Assembly (NCBI GenBank): GCA_002104945.1
Contig: MCFH01000012.1
Location: forward strand, 1 to 64,000
Direction of reading: 5' to 3'
Length of the DNA stretch: 64,000 bases
From: Piromyces finnis finn
Taxonomy: Eukaryota > Fungi > Neocallimastigomycota
Both the position numbers and the translations under genes were made by a program. The notes below the pieces were generated by a model that saw nothing but the letters and a program-made list of their open reading frames with translations, was not told the origin of the DNA and made no database searches. Of this stretch, positions 12,694-33,260 are shown piece by piece (the first letter of the stretch is position 1; the number at the start of each line of letters is the position of its first letter).

Positions 12694-14674
12694 ATGTTTC
12701 CAAAAAGATTACAAAGAATAATAAAATATCTTTTCTATTCAGGATTATTTGGAGGAACATTCTATTTAGTAGTAAAACAAGGAATTAAGCAATTCATAGT
12801 TAATCTTCCTACTATATATCATTCATTATTTTTCATATTTCTTGGAATTTTATTATGGGGAATTAATATTCATGTTTTAGAACATACAAATATTGATTGT
12901 ACGTCACTTTTGGCAACTAATGAATCAAGACCATTAAGAAATCAAAACAATAATTTTATAAATTATCATAATATCTATAAATTAGCTTATGGCTATTTTG
13001 TAATTCTTTTCACCAGTGTTTTAATTTATAATTATTGTGATACATTTTACGAAAAATCAACAACTCAATGGATAGCTATTATAACATTAATAGCTTCTAT
13101 TTACGCATTACTTATGCCAAACAAAATTTTATATAGGAAAGAAAGAAAAAAGTTTTTAGAGTATGTATTGAATTTATTACATTCCTTTTTTTTATTATTA
13201 TTATTATTATCTTATTCATAATATTTATATGGCATATAATATAATTTTTATTATCGTTACTTGTTTATCTACAATTATTTTTAAAGTGCATTGGTTCGAA
13301 TTGTTACACCAACCTTTAAATTAGAAACAGCATTCTGTGATGTCGTTATGGCCGATTTAATAACAAGTTTTTCAAAAGTTGTTGGTGATATATATGTAGC
13401 TTTAGCTGAAATATTTCTTGAAGTTGTTGTTGTTCCATATGCTGATAAAAAGTATGGTGATAATACCTATGCAGTGGATGGAAGATCACAAAAAGAAATA
13501 TCTGTTCACCTTCATCATCATATCCTTTTAGACCTTTTTGGTGCTATAATGATTTTGTAAGCATTATTATTAATTGTTGTTTTTCTTTTTCCATTTAAAA
13601 AAAAAAAAAATTAAAATTTAATAGTAAAATCTGATGAAGTTAAAAATATAAACAAATATTTATTTTTATATATTAAAAATAATTTTTTAGAGTCCCATAT
13701 TTATTTAGATTGAGACAATGTGTCGCAGATTATTTTACAAAAGCAACAAAATCTCAAAGAAGAAAAAGTTTATTAAATGCTATTAAATATGGTACATCAA
13801 TACCATTATATATACTTTCTGGATATTATTCATGGATTAAATCTGATATAAAAAATACTTCAGATAAAGAATTATTAGATCCAATGTATAGACATGCAAA
13901 AATTGTATTTACTTTTTGGTAAATAATAAGATATTTTTTGTATTACTATGTTAAATACATTTAAAAAAGAACGTTTTTTTTTTTTTTTTTCTTATTTTGT
14001 TAATAAAGTTCTTTTAGAATCGATTTTTTTAAATAACCATTATATATATTTAATTTTTATATAGGGTCATTTCATCATTTATAAATTCAGGATATTCATA
14101 CTATTGGGATTTATATAATGATTGGGAATTATGTAAGAAAAAAAAACATGATGATGAAAAATTTCCTTTTCTTCTAAGACCGATTCTTCACTTTTCAAAA
14201 CATTGGATGTATTACATTGTTATGATTATTGACTTAATTCTAAGATTTACATGGTTTGTTGATGTTTTCTCAATCTTCCAATTAAAAAATCTTTTCTTGG
14301 TTGATGATACCCCAACCATTCCAGAAGATATCAAGAAAATGAAAATTCAAAAACTTTTATTATCAAGACTTTTACTTCGTATTTTGGAAATTATCAGACG
14401 TTGGCTATGGATTTTCTTTAGATTAGAAAAGGAAGTAAGTCGACTCTATTTTTGTTATATTAAAGACTATTCATTATTAATCTATAATGTATAATTATAT
14501 AATTATTTATTTTTATTATAAATATATATTAATATAAAATATTTTTAACATTAATATTCATAGTGGGTCTTTACAAGCTCTGAATACGTAAGAATTGATG
14601 ATGATGATAAAAATTATAAATCAATTGACTCAGCATCTTTTATTCTTGCTGATCATATACAAATTATTAGTTAA
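12694..14674 (+). CDS. EXS-domain membrane protein without SPX domain (ERD1-like); 5 exons: 12694-13160, 13287-13556, 13691-13918, 14065-14434, 14564-14674
   Basis: EXS motifs after splicing: F.DVVMADLITSFSKV, VPYLFRLRQC, LLNAIKYGTS, YSYYWDLYNDW, IIDLILRFTW, LEIIRRWLWIFFRLEKE. Confidence 0.88.
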
Positions 14675-15226
14675 TTAATAATAATAATGTTGATAATATG
14701 AAATTATCATCTTTTATTTTTAATTATTTATTATTATTTATTATTATTATTATTATTGTTATTATTATTAAATTAAAAATTTATTTGAAACTTTTTTGTA
14801 TTTTGTTTCAATTTTTTAAATAATTAATAAATAATAGTAATAATAACAATAAAAAAAGTAAACTATTAAGTCTTTATGATATTTATTATAATTTCTATTA
14901 TTCTTCCTATTCTTCCTTTTATTTATATAAAAGTATAAAAGGAATAAGTACAAAAAAAAAAATTAAAGAATTAAAAGAAATAATAAATATTTTAAATAAA
15001 ATTAATATTATTATTGTAAGAAAATATATATTTAGAATTAAAATAATTAACAAAATGCATAGTTTCATTAATAAGTAATAAATAATAGAATTGACGAGAT
15101 AAATAGTTTATAATAATAACAACAGGTAACAACAATTATAGTAAAAGTAGTAATGATAGTAAAAATACTTCAAAGAATATATAAATAGGACAATAAATTA
15201 TATTTTAATTAGCAAGACAATAAATC

Positions 15227-15460
<234 letters not shown>

Positions 15461-17129
15461 TTATTATTATTATTAAAAATGTCACTCAACATTATTTTTA
15501 TTAGAGACATTTTTCTCTATCTAATTATTATATGAAAAAAGCTATTTTTATTTTAAAAAACTAATAATATTTTCTTTTTATTAATATATTCTTCCATAAT
15601 ATAGAGACTTCTTGCCTAAGCTTGGTAAAAATAGTTAAAAAAAATTTTTTTTCTTATAGATATATTTTAAAGAAATAATAATATAATAATTATAAATTAA
15701 TAGATAATACAAATAGATATGCTGTTATTTATATATTTGATTTTTTAATTTTTTCATATATACCAAATAGTACAGTTTTTTTTTAAAATTAATAAATTAG
15801 TATTTTATCATTTTATAAAATGTAGTTCTTTTTTTTTTTTAATATGAATATATGCAATTTTATTAAATAATAAGAAATAGTAGATACTATAATTATAATA
15901 AAATAGTTAATCATTATTATTTTAAAAATTGAAGAATTTGAAAAAAAAAAAAATACAAAAGAACAGTGCTGTTATTCAAGTCTTCCCTCTTTTCTAATAA
16001 TGTTTAAATTTACCACTTTTTAAAATGTTCAAATTTCTCCATTTTTAATATATTTCAATTAATATTAAATATATTAAATTATATTGTAATATATTGTAAT
16101 TGATATGGAATAACCAAAAATTAATTAAATAATATATTATAATATATTAAAATTACATAAAAAATATGATAATACATTTTATAAAAAAAAAATAAACTTT
16201 ACATTTGATTCGCTGGATTTCATAAAAAGTTTCCTAAATTTACCTAAAAGTATTTCAACAGGTTTAGGTAGAAACTTTACTTTTTTTAATGAATGAATTT
16301 TAGTAGTAAAAGAAGTAATAAAATATTAAGCATGTCTTTCTTTTTATTAAAATATTAAATTATCATTGTAAATTCAATTTATAATAGTAAACAGTCTTTT
16401 GCAGCTCTGTTATACCACTTTTTTTTATGATGATTCATTTTTTTTAAAAACGGAAGTATCTTTATTAAAGTTTACGAAAACAAAATTTTTTAAATTTGAT
16501 TAAATTTTTTTTAATATATTTTAGCATATATTATACAATACATTTCAAAACATATTAATCAATTTTATTTCATAGAAAATATAAATAAATCAAATTATTA
16601 TTTTTTTTTTTTTAAGATACTTTTTTTTTTAAAGGAAATCCGATAGTATACATCAAATATATACATTGGTTCATTAATAAAATATATACATTGCAAGGAA
16701 AACTGACTTTTTTTTTTTTATTTTCTTTTCTAGAAAGACAAACCTTTTTTTTGTATTTTAATTTTATATATATTTATTTATTTTACATTAATATTTTTTT
16801 TTAATCAGAAAAGGTAATTTTTTTTTTTTTAGTTTTAAAAATATTTATGTAACATGTAATCCAATATTTTATAAAGTAATGTTTTATAGTATTAATAACA
16901 AAAGAGTATAAATCTAATTTAAAAATAAAGAATGTGTGAATTTCTAAATATAAATGAAAATAAATAGAAGATATATAAAATTATTATTAATTCAAAAAAA
17001 AAAATATATATATATATATATATGTATTGTATATCACTTAAATATTCTAAATCTATATTTTAAAATATTTATATATAATTTTTAATATTATAATCATAAA
17101 ATTAATAATATAATAGCAATTCAGATAAA

Positions 17130-18995
17130 ATGCAAGCTTCCTTAGGTGAAAGTGTTTCAATGTTATCCAACTTAAAAATTAATGATATTTTAAAAGTTGA
17201 CCCACAATTACAAAAATTCCAAAAGCAAGTTTCTTTAAAAATTACATTAAAACAAACTGATGATAATAAAAAATATGCTATTTCAAGTTTAAATTTACCA
17301 GTTGGTACTTGTGTTCATGAAGAAAAGGCTCTTGCTTCAATTTTAAAATATGATTATTTAAAGGATTTATGTAATCATTGTTTTGGTTATTTTGAACGTA
17401 ACAAGAATCCTTTAAAAATGCCAAATATTTATCTTTCTGATGGTGAAGAAAATAAGGCTCTTTACTGTTCTAACAAATGTCGTGATGAAGCTAAGAGTAC
17501 TTACAATTTAATTAGCCCATTTTTACACAATGTATCAAAAATTGCTAAAGACAATGGTTTTGAAGTTGATGTTTTAAGACTTATTGTTTTTATTTTAGCC
17601 CAAAACAAGGTTTGTAACGATAATTGTGTTCTTGATTTAATATCTGAACTTCCAGCTTATGAAGAAAAAGATGTCGAAGAAGTTATTCAATGGTATAAGA
17701 AGTTAGAACGTTCTGTTAATGAATTATACGCTATTCTTCCAGAAGAACTTAAACCAGTTTCTCAAGAAAAATTATATGAAATTGCCTGCAAGGTTTGTAA
17801 TTACTCTTTATCTCCATGTGACCAAGGTCATACTAACCCAGAAGTTGGTTTAGCTCTTTATCCTATCACCAGCTTATTCTTTAGACAATCTTGTGATCCA
17901 AATTGTACTATTACTTATGAAGGTACTAATGTCCAAATTTTCACCATCAAACCTGTCAAGGTTGGTGAAGAATTATGTGTTAGTTATGTTGATCTTTATC
18001 AAGCAAGATACGAACGTGGTCAAGAAATATATATGAAAAAGCATGAATGGTGTCAATGTTCAAGATGTACAGAAGACATTAACCAAAGTGTTGATAGATT
18101 TGTTTGTGGTTTACTTTGTGATGAATGTAAGAAAGATGTATATCCAGTAGATTCTAACGGTTATTATGAATACCAAAGTAAAGTTGCTAGTATTAAAGAA
18201 AAAACTGAAAAGAGAAGAGAAAAAATCCGTGAATTAGTTAAACAAGAATTCGAAAAAATTGCAGCTGAAAGAGAAGCTGCTGCTAATGGTGAAATTCCAG
18301 CTCAACAAGCTGAACAAACTCAAGCTCAATCTACTGAAAATACTATTGATCAAGCTAAACAAGCTACTAGAATGTTTTTCAAGGGAGATGATGAAAATAT
18401 CATTGAAAAAGAAACTTTAAAGATTATTGGTATTAATGAAAATGATGTTTACACCTGTCCATCTTGTAAACATGAACGCAATAAGGCAGAAATATTGTCT
18501 TTCTTACAAAGAGTTTCAGATCATTTTATTGCTCCAATCACTTTCCTTCAAAATGGTCAATACGGTAATGCTGCAGAATTCTTTAACAGAATACTTGATA
18601 GATACTCAAAATTCCTTCATCCACAATCCTATTATTTAATGAACGCTCGTGTTCAACTCCTCAACTGTTACATATATGAACAAAAATGGGATGATTGTAT
18701 TCAATTAGCCAAAACAATTATTGAAGCTAAGGAAAAATCAGATGTATACACTACTAAATATTCTCCAGAAATCATGGATTTATATGAAAATTTAGGTGAT
18801 TATTGTACCCAAAGTTTAGAAGCTAAAAAATCTGATATTTTAAACACCAGTAGTAGTAACTCTGATATTAGAAAGAAATATTTAATAAAAGAAAGATCAA
18901 AGGCTTATGAAAGTTGTTTAGAATTAAGATCAGCTGTTTATGGAAAAGATCATCCAAAGACTTTAGCTGTTCAAAGAAAAATTGATGCTCTTTAA
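17130..18995 (+). CDS. SMYD-family SET/MYND protein with TPR-like C-terminus, intronless, degenerate active-site motifs
   Basis: Split SET with inserted CNHC...YCSNKC, ALYPITSLFFRQSCDPNC, GEELCVSYVD, post-SET CQCSRC, further CxxC pairs and C-terminal YGKDHP typical of SMYD proteins. Confidence 0.88.
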   Translation: MQASLGESVSMLSNLKINDILKVDPQLQKFQKQVSLKITLKQTDDNKKYAISSLNLPVGTCVHEEKALASILKYDYLKDLCNHCFGYFERNKNPLKMPNIYLSDGEENKALYCSNKCRDEAKSTYNLISPFLHNVSKIAKDNGFEVDVLRLIVFILAQNKVCNDNCVLDLISELPAYEEKDVEEVIQWYKKLERSVNELYAILPEELKPVSQEKLYEIACKVCNYSLSPCDQGHTNPEVGLALYPITSLFFRQSCDPNCTITYEGTNVQIFTIKPVKVGEELCVSYVDLYQARYERGQEIYMKKHEWCQCSRCTEDINQSVDRFVCGLLCDECKKDVYPVDSNGYYEYQSKVASIKEKTEKRREKIRELVKQEFEKIAAEREAAANGEIPAQQAEQTQAQSTENTIDQAKQATRMFFKGDDENIIEKETLKIIGINENDVYTCPSCKHERNKAEILSFLQRVSDHFIAPITFLQNGQYGNAAEFFNRILDRYSKFLHPQSYYLMNARVQLLNCYIYEQKWDDCIQLAKTIIEAKEKSDVYTTKYSPEIMDLYENLGDYCTQSLEAKKSDILNTSSSNSDIRKKYLIKERSKAYESCLELRSAVYGKDHPKTLAVQRKIDAL

Positions 18996-20247
18996 AAAGT
19001 TTTGCAACTCATAAAAAAAATGTAGGAAAACAAAAAAATTACAAAAAAAAATTATATAAAAAAATTACAATAGAATATTAAAAATCATATTTATTATAAA
19101 GTTTAAAAAAAAAAAAAGAAAGCATATATTATTAGAAAAATGGAATTATAATAATTGTAAATATTAGTTTTATCAAAAATATATATATATCTAATATTTA
19201 ATTATAATTAATATGATGTTTTTATAATTATATATAAATTAATTTTTAGATAAAGAAAAAGTCAGATAAAAAATTAAAAATAATAATAATATTAGAAATA
19301 CACAACACTTTATATATATAAATAATAATTTATAATAAAATATAATAATAAAATAGAATAAAATATAAAATTTTTAATTATTTTTTTATTTTGGTTTTAA
19401 TAATTTTTATAAAATAAATTTATTTGCAACCTTTGTATTTTAAAAAATATAAAAGTCATTAATGAAAGTAAAAGTCTTTACTTTTATATACCCAATAAAT
19501 AAAATCAATTATGTAAAGAAAATTTTTTTTTTTTCATTTTAAATTTATATAATAATTGTAAATAGAAAATATTATTGCTAGTAAAAAAAGTTTTTTTTTT
19601 TTTTTTTTAATGTATATTTAAATCTATTAAGATTGAAATAGATGCTGCACTCACCTTTTTCTTTTCTATAAAAGCACAAAAATAATTCATTAGCATTTGA
19701 AAAATTAATAAATATTTTAAAAATATTTTTTAAAAATATAATTAAATGAATATAATATAATTAATATAATACCTTCTAATTTTTCATTCCTAACCATTTT
19801 TATTGATATTATTTGTTATATGGAGTTTTTGATTTATAAATTATCTTTTTAACCAATGAAATAAAAAGAAACTATAATTAAAATAATAATTAAAATTTTT
19901 TAAAAAAAGAAATGTTATTAGAAATAATAAAATAATAAAATAATTCTGTAATCTTAAAAAAAAAAAAAGTATTATCCAACACCAATTTAACGGTGTTTAT
20001 GACAAATAATAATATTAATTTATGGTAATTATAATAAAATAATAATTGTAAGAAAAAAAAAATAAAAGAACTATTAAAAATTAAATAATTGAAAATTATA
20101 TATATATTTCATTTTTTATATTTATTTTTTTTAAAAAAAAAGTTTTATATGTAAAATTTTATATTTAATAATTGTGTGGGACTACAATATTTTAAAAAAA
20201 GTAAATATAATATTAAGAAGGAAAGTAATTTGAAAGAAAACGTCAGG

Positions 20248-25572
<5,325 letters not shown>

Positions 25573-25695
25573 ATCTAATCAATTTATTTATATATTAATT
25601 TAAAAAATAGTAATTCAATTTAATACTAAAATTTTATATAAAAATTTAAATTATTTATTATGTAAAACTTATCAATAATAATAAAAAAAAAAAGA

Positions 25696-27573
<1,878 letters not shown>

Positions 27574-28019
27574 AACAAAACATATTAAAAAAAAAAAAAA
27601 AAAATGGATGACAAAAATATAGATAAAACAGATAGATTAACTTCAATAATAACCACTTACATTTGATTTATTATATATCATTCATTTGTATATAACATCA
27701 TTTTATATTATATAAAAGACAAACTTTATTGATATTAATAATTTTAATTCATATTCTTTTTTTTTTTTTTTATTTTTTTTTATTTATTTATTTATTCTTT
27801 TTTTTTTTTTTTTTAGACTAGGAAGATAATACACATCTTTATTTATTTATTTAATTTGTGATATTACATAATATTAGGTGATAATACATATTGATATAAT
27901 AAATAATAAATAAAAATAATAAAATATATATAAATAAAAATATAAATATAAAATAATATAAAATAATTATTAAAGTTGCATAAAGGTTCAATGAACATGA
28001 ACTTTGCAATTTGTACTGT

Positions 28020-28288
28020 GTGGGATTGGTCCCTACCTAATAAATTAAATGAAATAAAAAAAAAGAAGTAATCAGGTAGGATAGTGTAGTGTCCACTAAA
28101 CTCTCCCATGAGCTCATAATGTTTTCATTCAAAGAAATACTAACATTGAACCCTGTGTATGGAACACTGAGGATGTTCCTTTGCCATATCGGTACGTCGT
28201 TGGCGATCTTGATTACGTTAGGTGTCTTACTAAACCTATCAAAAAGTATCTTCATAGACCTACTAATGGAAGTAGGTTTGTTGAGACC
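28020..28288. repeat. Diverged copy of repeat 'X' downstream of the LINE 3' end
   Basis: Collinear with 7147-7457 (e.g. tgttcctttgccatat, cttgatta(c/t)gttag, tatcaaaaagta.cttcataga.ctactaatg). Confidence 0.85.
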
Positions 28289-28385
28289 GATATGCATTAG
28301 ACGATTTGAATTAAGGAATTTGTTGTTAGTATATCTGAACGCTTTACTTCCATTATTTAGGTTACTATTATTCCAATAATGTTCT

Positions 28386-28453
28386 ATCCATTAGTTGATA
28401 ACCAGTTAGATAATTTAACTTTAGACATATTACAATCACCAACAAGAATCGAT

Positions 28454-28456
<3 letters not shown>
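28386..28456 (-). mobile_element. 71-bp copy of the LINE's own APE-coding segment (32063-32133), next to a ~40-nt poly(A) run (28457-28497 on minus)
   Basis: 68/71 identical; encodes PSILVGD(C/F)NMSKVKLSNWLSTNG. Confidence 0.9.
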
Positions 28457-28488
<32 letters not shown>

Positions 28489-28694
28489 TTTTTTTTAACG
28501 GCATCAAATATTTTAAACTTTATTATTTATTTAATTAAAATTATAATACATGTAATAAAAAATTAAAAAATAAAAATAAAAATAAAAAAAATATGTTTAA
28601 ATAAACACAAATGAATAAAAATTGGGTATAATGTATTCTAGTAATTTTAATTAAAGTAAGAAAGCCACTATCATACTAAAGTATAATAATTGTA

Positions 28695-31600
28695 TTTGAC
28701 TTCCAATGGGACACCGAGCCAAAGATCAAAATTTTGTCATGGAACAAAATTATGATCTCCATTGGTTGCGCTGGCCCTCCTGGCCTGTCTTACTGTTTCT
28801 TCAGCATTGACGCTCTTGGATGTTGCTTCAAACCTTTTGAACATTGACCATTGCTGGCCAATAGCAAAAGGCATGATTTTGGTTAGAAGTTCCGCGGTTA
28901 CCGTCAAGAATGGTGTTCCTTCGTTAGTACCAGATTGAATCTGACGCTTACAAAGTTCTTTCCATTCCCTTGAATTGTAATTAATATTGTTAAAACTTCT
29001 TCCCCCAAGAAGGAATTTAAATATTTCACTGCACACACTAGAATAATCATACACATTAATATTCACCGGATTATTAGAACTATTACTATCATTAACTAAA
29101 TTACTATCTAAATTAGAATTATTATCTTCACTATTGCTATCATTACTAATATTATTATTTCTATTATTGTTATTATTACTATTGTTACTATTACTATTGT
29201 TACTATTACTATTGTTATTACTACTATTGTTACTATTACTATTAATGTTATTGCTATCTCTACTGATATTATCAATTTCATTATTATTGATAGGACTATT
29301 GGAATTACGTTGACTGAAAAAATTTAATAGCTGGACTATAGAATCATAATGTTTAATACGGATATCTCTAAATGTTGGACAATCTAATAACCAATGTTTA
29401 ATACTTTGATCTCCACACTTGCAACATGGACAGTAGTTAGGACAAACTGGATCAACAAATTTGGCAGCTTTGGCAACTCTAGCATCCAACTTGTATCCGC
29501 TTCTTGCTTTCAATAGCCAGTAGAAGCCAAAGGCAAACTCTGGGTACTCATAACATAATTTAATAAAATCTTTAGTTTCAATAAATTTATTATCATCATA
29601 ATATTGCGCTTTGATTGAATTCCCTTTGAGATCTTTCCAATAAAAGTTTTTAACTGCTTTAACATCTCCATGCTTCTTTAGTTTTTTATCAAGTGTCCTA
29701 CTTGATTTGCACCACGTGTATTTTCTAAATTTAGGAATGTAATTGACAAGGTGTGAGATAATACAATTTGAGTTTTTCCATTTGTTAAAACATCTAACCT
29801 GAGCTAACGCACATTTGGCTGACAATGGAGGAATATTCAAATCTTTTGAAATAGAGTATAAAGATATAAACGATACAGCTTTATGAACTCCGGCAACCCA
29901 TCGTATTCCTTTGTTAACATGCTTCTGAGCAATCCTAGACCTAGCTTTGTTGGATCCAAGTAATGGTGCAAAGTATGAAACTCTGCTAATCACTTGAGAG
30001 TTAAGTACTAGTTTTTTGAAAGGAATAGGAATATTAGGATTTCTTAAGAATTTACTGACTGAGAAAAGTCCTTTCAAAACCTTGTTATTAAGAACTTTAA
30101 TTACTGGTTTAAGGGACAAATTCTTATCAAATGGAACACCAAGATAAGTGTAGCAGTCAGTAGTTGGAATGGGTTGTCCTGCTAAGTAAAATGTTGGATC
30201 TCTCTTGTTCTGATTTTCTATTGATTCAGGACGAATCACCATCGTTGAACATTTCTGGATACCAAATTCCATTTCATTATACAATGCCCATTCATTAACT
30301 CTTCTAAGCATCTTTTTTAAGCATCCTCTTGTTGGAGCACAAATAACTATATCATCTGCAAAAAGTCCACCACAGCATCGAGTGTCACCTAAACTGACTC
30401 CTAGATCTTCGCACTCTCTAAATATATCATTAATAAAGAGATTAAAGAGAATAGGAGAAAGAGGGCAACCTTGACGGACTCCTTTCTTCACATCAAAAGA
30501 TTTCGAGAATTGTCCATCTAATTTGACATTAGCCTTAGATGTTAAATATAAATTTTTGATAAATTGTAAACTCTTACCTCGGATTCCTAAACAATCTAAT
30601 TTATGGAGAATATTACCGATTGGGACTGAATCGTATGCTTTCCTGAGATCTAAAAAGGCCAAATATGTCTCTTTATTATCTAATTGACGTCTACGGCATA
30701 TTTCTTGGATTGAAATGAAAAGACTGATACTTTCTTCCTTTTTTCGAAAACCAAATTGTTCAGGTCTAATGAAATTATTCTTTAGACCATATTCTGAAAT
30801 TCTAGTGGTGACAATTTTGGAAATCAACTTAATACCATTATTGATAAGTGATATACCTCGATAGTTATCACAATCTGTCAAATCTCCCTTCTTAGGAATA
30901 GAAACAATACTGGATTCATTCCATGAGTTGGGGAAATCTCCATCCCAAATACGGTTGAATAATTTAAGAATAAAATTTAAACCATGAGCATCATTATCTG
31001 AAGTAGTATTACCAGAAGAATTATTATCTGTAGCATTATTAGAATCATTACTTGATGGAACTAATGCTTTGTAAAATTCAATTGGAATACCATCCGGACC
31101 TGATGCTTTATAATTTGGAGTAGTGAGGATAGCTGACTTGACTTCATCAATACTAATATCTTGGTTGATATCCCACTCATCAAGCATAGGAAGTGAAAAA
31201 CGTTTATTCGTTGGTTCTTCATACCAATGCTCCAAATCAAGACTTACACCACTTGGATCTGATGCAAGATTTTCGAAATGATCATGCCACACATCTAGTT
31301 GTTCTTCCGTAGCAACAACTAATTCTCCATTTTTATTTTTAATTGGTTGAGCAATAAAGAAAGAATCTTTTCCAATTTTTGCAGTTTTCTTGATCCATTT
31401 CCAGGCCTTCTTAGGATTATGACTCTTCATATACTCACATCCTGTTTTAATCCAATGAAGATATTCTTGCTTCCTAAATTCATTACATCTTTTGTGGATG
31501 TAATCAATGAGCTTACGGTAGATTTTAATTCGTTTAATAAATTCATCTATATCATAAATTCTTTCTTTTTTAAATCTCTTATACAACTTCATTTTGATTT

Positions 31601-33260
31601 TTTGAAGATTAAAAATTTGTTGTGAAATATGAAATGAAGACTTTATAACATTATTTGCTGAAGTAATACTGAGCTCGTCTGCAATTGAAAAAGCAGTTGA
31701 AGTAAACTCTTTGGAAAGTTCATCTGTAGAAACATTAGGATCGTTGAATTTTGCTGAAAGTATTTGGAATTTATTATGACTGAGAATAGATTCCTTTTCC
31801 TCAATACATTTTAATCTATTCCATTTCAGAATTTTCTTAGGAACATTAAAGTCATTAGAAAAATCTTCCATAGGAATAATTTTACCATTAATAAGAAGTG
31901 GCTTATGGTCTGATACAGGATAAAAATTATTTATAAATGATCCTGAGTGAATAAGATCTTTCATCTTCGAATTGATAAGAGCATGGTCAATGTCGGAAGA
32001 TTGATCACCTCGAGTCCAAGAGATAGTAGACCCTCTAAGCGGAAGAATTTCCCAATCTCCTAATCCATTAGTTGATAACCAGTTGGATAATTTTACTTTA
32101 GACATATTAAAATCACCAACAAGAATCGATGGATGGGATGAATGAGTTTGTAACCACAAGCGAACTTCTAACTTTGCATGATCAACATAGATGTTGTGAT
32201 GACTATGAGGCATATAAACATTTCCAATCGAGCATTTGAATCTATTCCAGAGACTAAAAGTATAAATAGAAATAATATACTTTCCAGAGAAGTTTTCAAG
32301 TGAGGCTTGACACGAATTGTGAAAACCTAAATATAAACCTCTCATTCCCGGAACTGATTCGTCAGCTTTCTTGAAAAAGTGTCTATAGTTTCGCAAAGTA
32401 ACACGACAAGGATAATCTGTATTCGATCCAGAACCATTACCAGTTTCTTGGAAACATAAAAATAATGGTTTGAAAATAGCTGTGAAATAGCTAATACTAT
32501 CTCTCTTTTCGTGGTTCCACCCATTGGTGTTCCAACTAAGACAAAAAGAAATGTTATCAGGCTTGTTGGATGAGGAAGAATCGTTGCTATTATTATTATT
32601 ATTAAAGTCATCGTTATTAATGGATGATGCATCAGAGGAATAAGTAGAACTATTACTAGATGGCTGTGAAACTGAAGAACTATCAACTATTGAACTGTTA
32701 TCAGAGTTGATAGAGCTATTAGAATTAATTGTTGAATGTTGAGATTGAAATTGTGTTTGCTGTAGATCTGGAATATTTTCATGATTGGAAACTTGTTGAA
32801 GATCTTGTTGAAGATCTAGTTGAAGATCGGATTGTTGATGAGATTGTTGAACTGATTGTTGAAATGATTGTTGAATAGAATGTTGATGTTTATTAGAAAC
32901 TAAAATTTTACGTTTGAGAGTGGAAAAAGTGTATTTGTGATTCCTTCTACTACGAGCTGAAAAGGAAATTGAGGTAACTGAAAGTTTCTTCTTTAACATG
33001 TGTAAGATTTTAATACAATCTTTCGATGAACCATGAACCTTGACTAAGAAAAAGTGATCATTGAAAGTCTGAAAATATTTAACACTAATAACTGAATTAA
33101 ATTTATCTTCTAGAATAACCTCGAGTTTTTCCCATAGCATATTTACTGACCATGATCGAATACCACGGATAAAGAAGGAGCGAATATCATCTAAGGGGAT
33201 ACCATAAGACCGGGTACCACGTCTGATATAATTCTTGTCTTTAATATAAAGGACTGACAT
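28695..33260 (-). mobile_element. Non-LTR retrotransposon (APE-type LINE) with intact single ORF 33260-28737 (1507 aa: N-terminal extension, APE, RT, CCHC knuckle)
   Basis: APE motifs SWNTNG, FQET, LVGDFN, SDIDH, VSDH; RT motifs KASGPDG, NYRGISL, EQFGFR, FLDLRKAYDSV, GVRQGCPLSP, LFADD, YTYLG; C-terminal CPCCKCGDQSIKHWLLDC. The 3' boundary GGAAGTCAAA is shared with other copies. The 5' UTR likely extends to ~34150-34230. Confidence 0.96.

Noticed and set aside
28037-28379. Overlapping 86-aa and 96-aa ORFs as standalone genes
   Set aside because: They fall in repeat X; the other copy has stops and indels, and no domain is recognisable.
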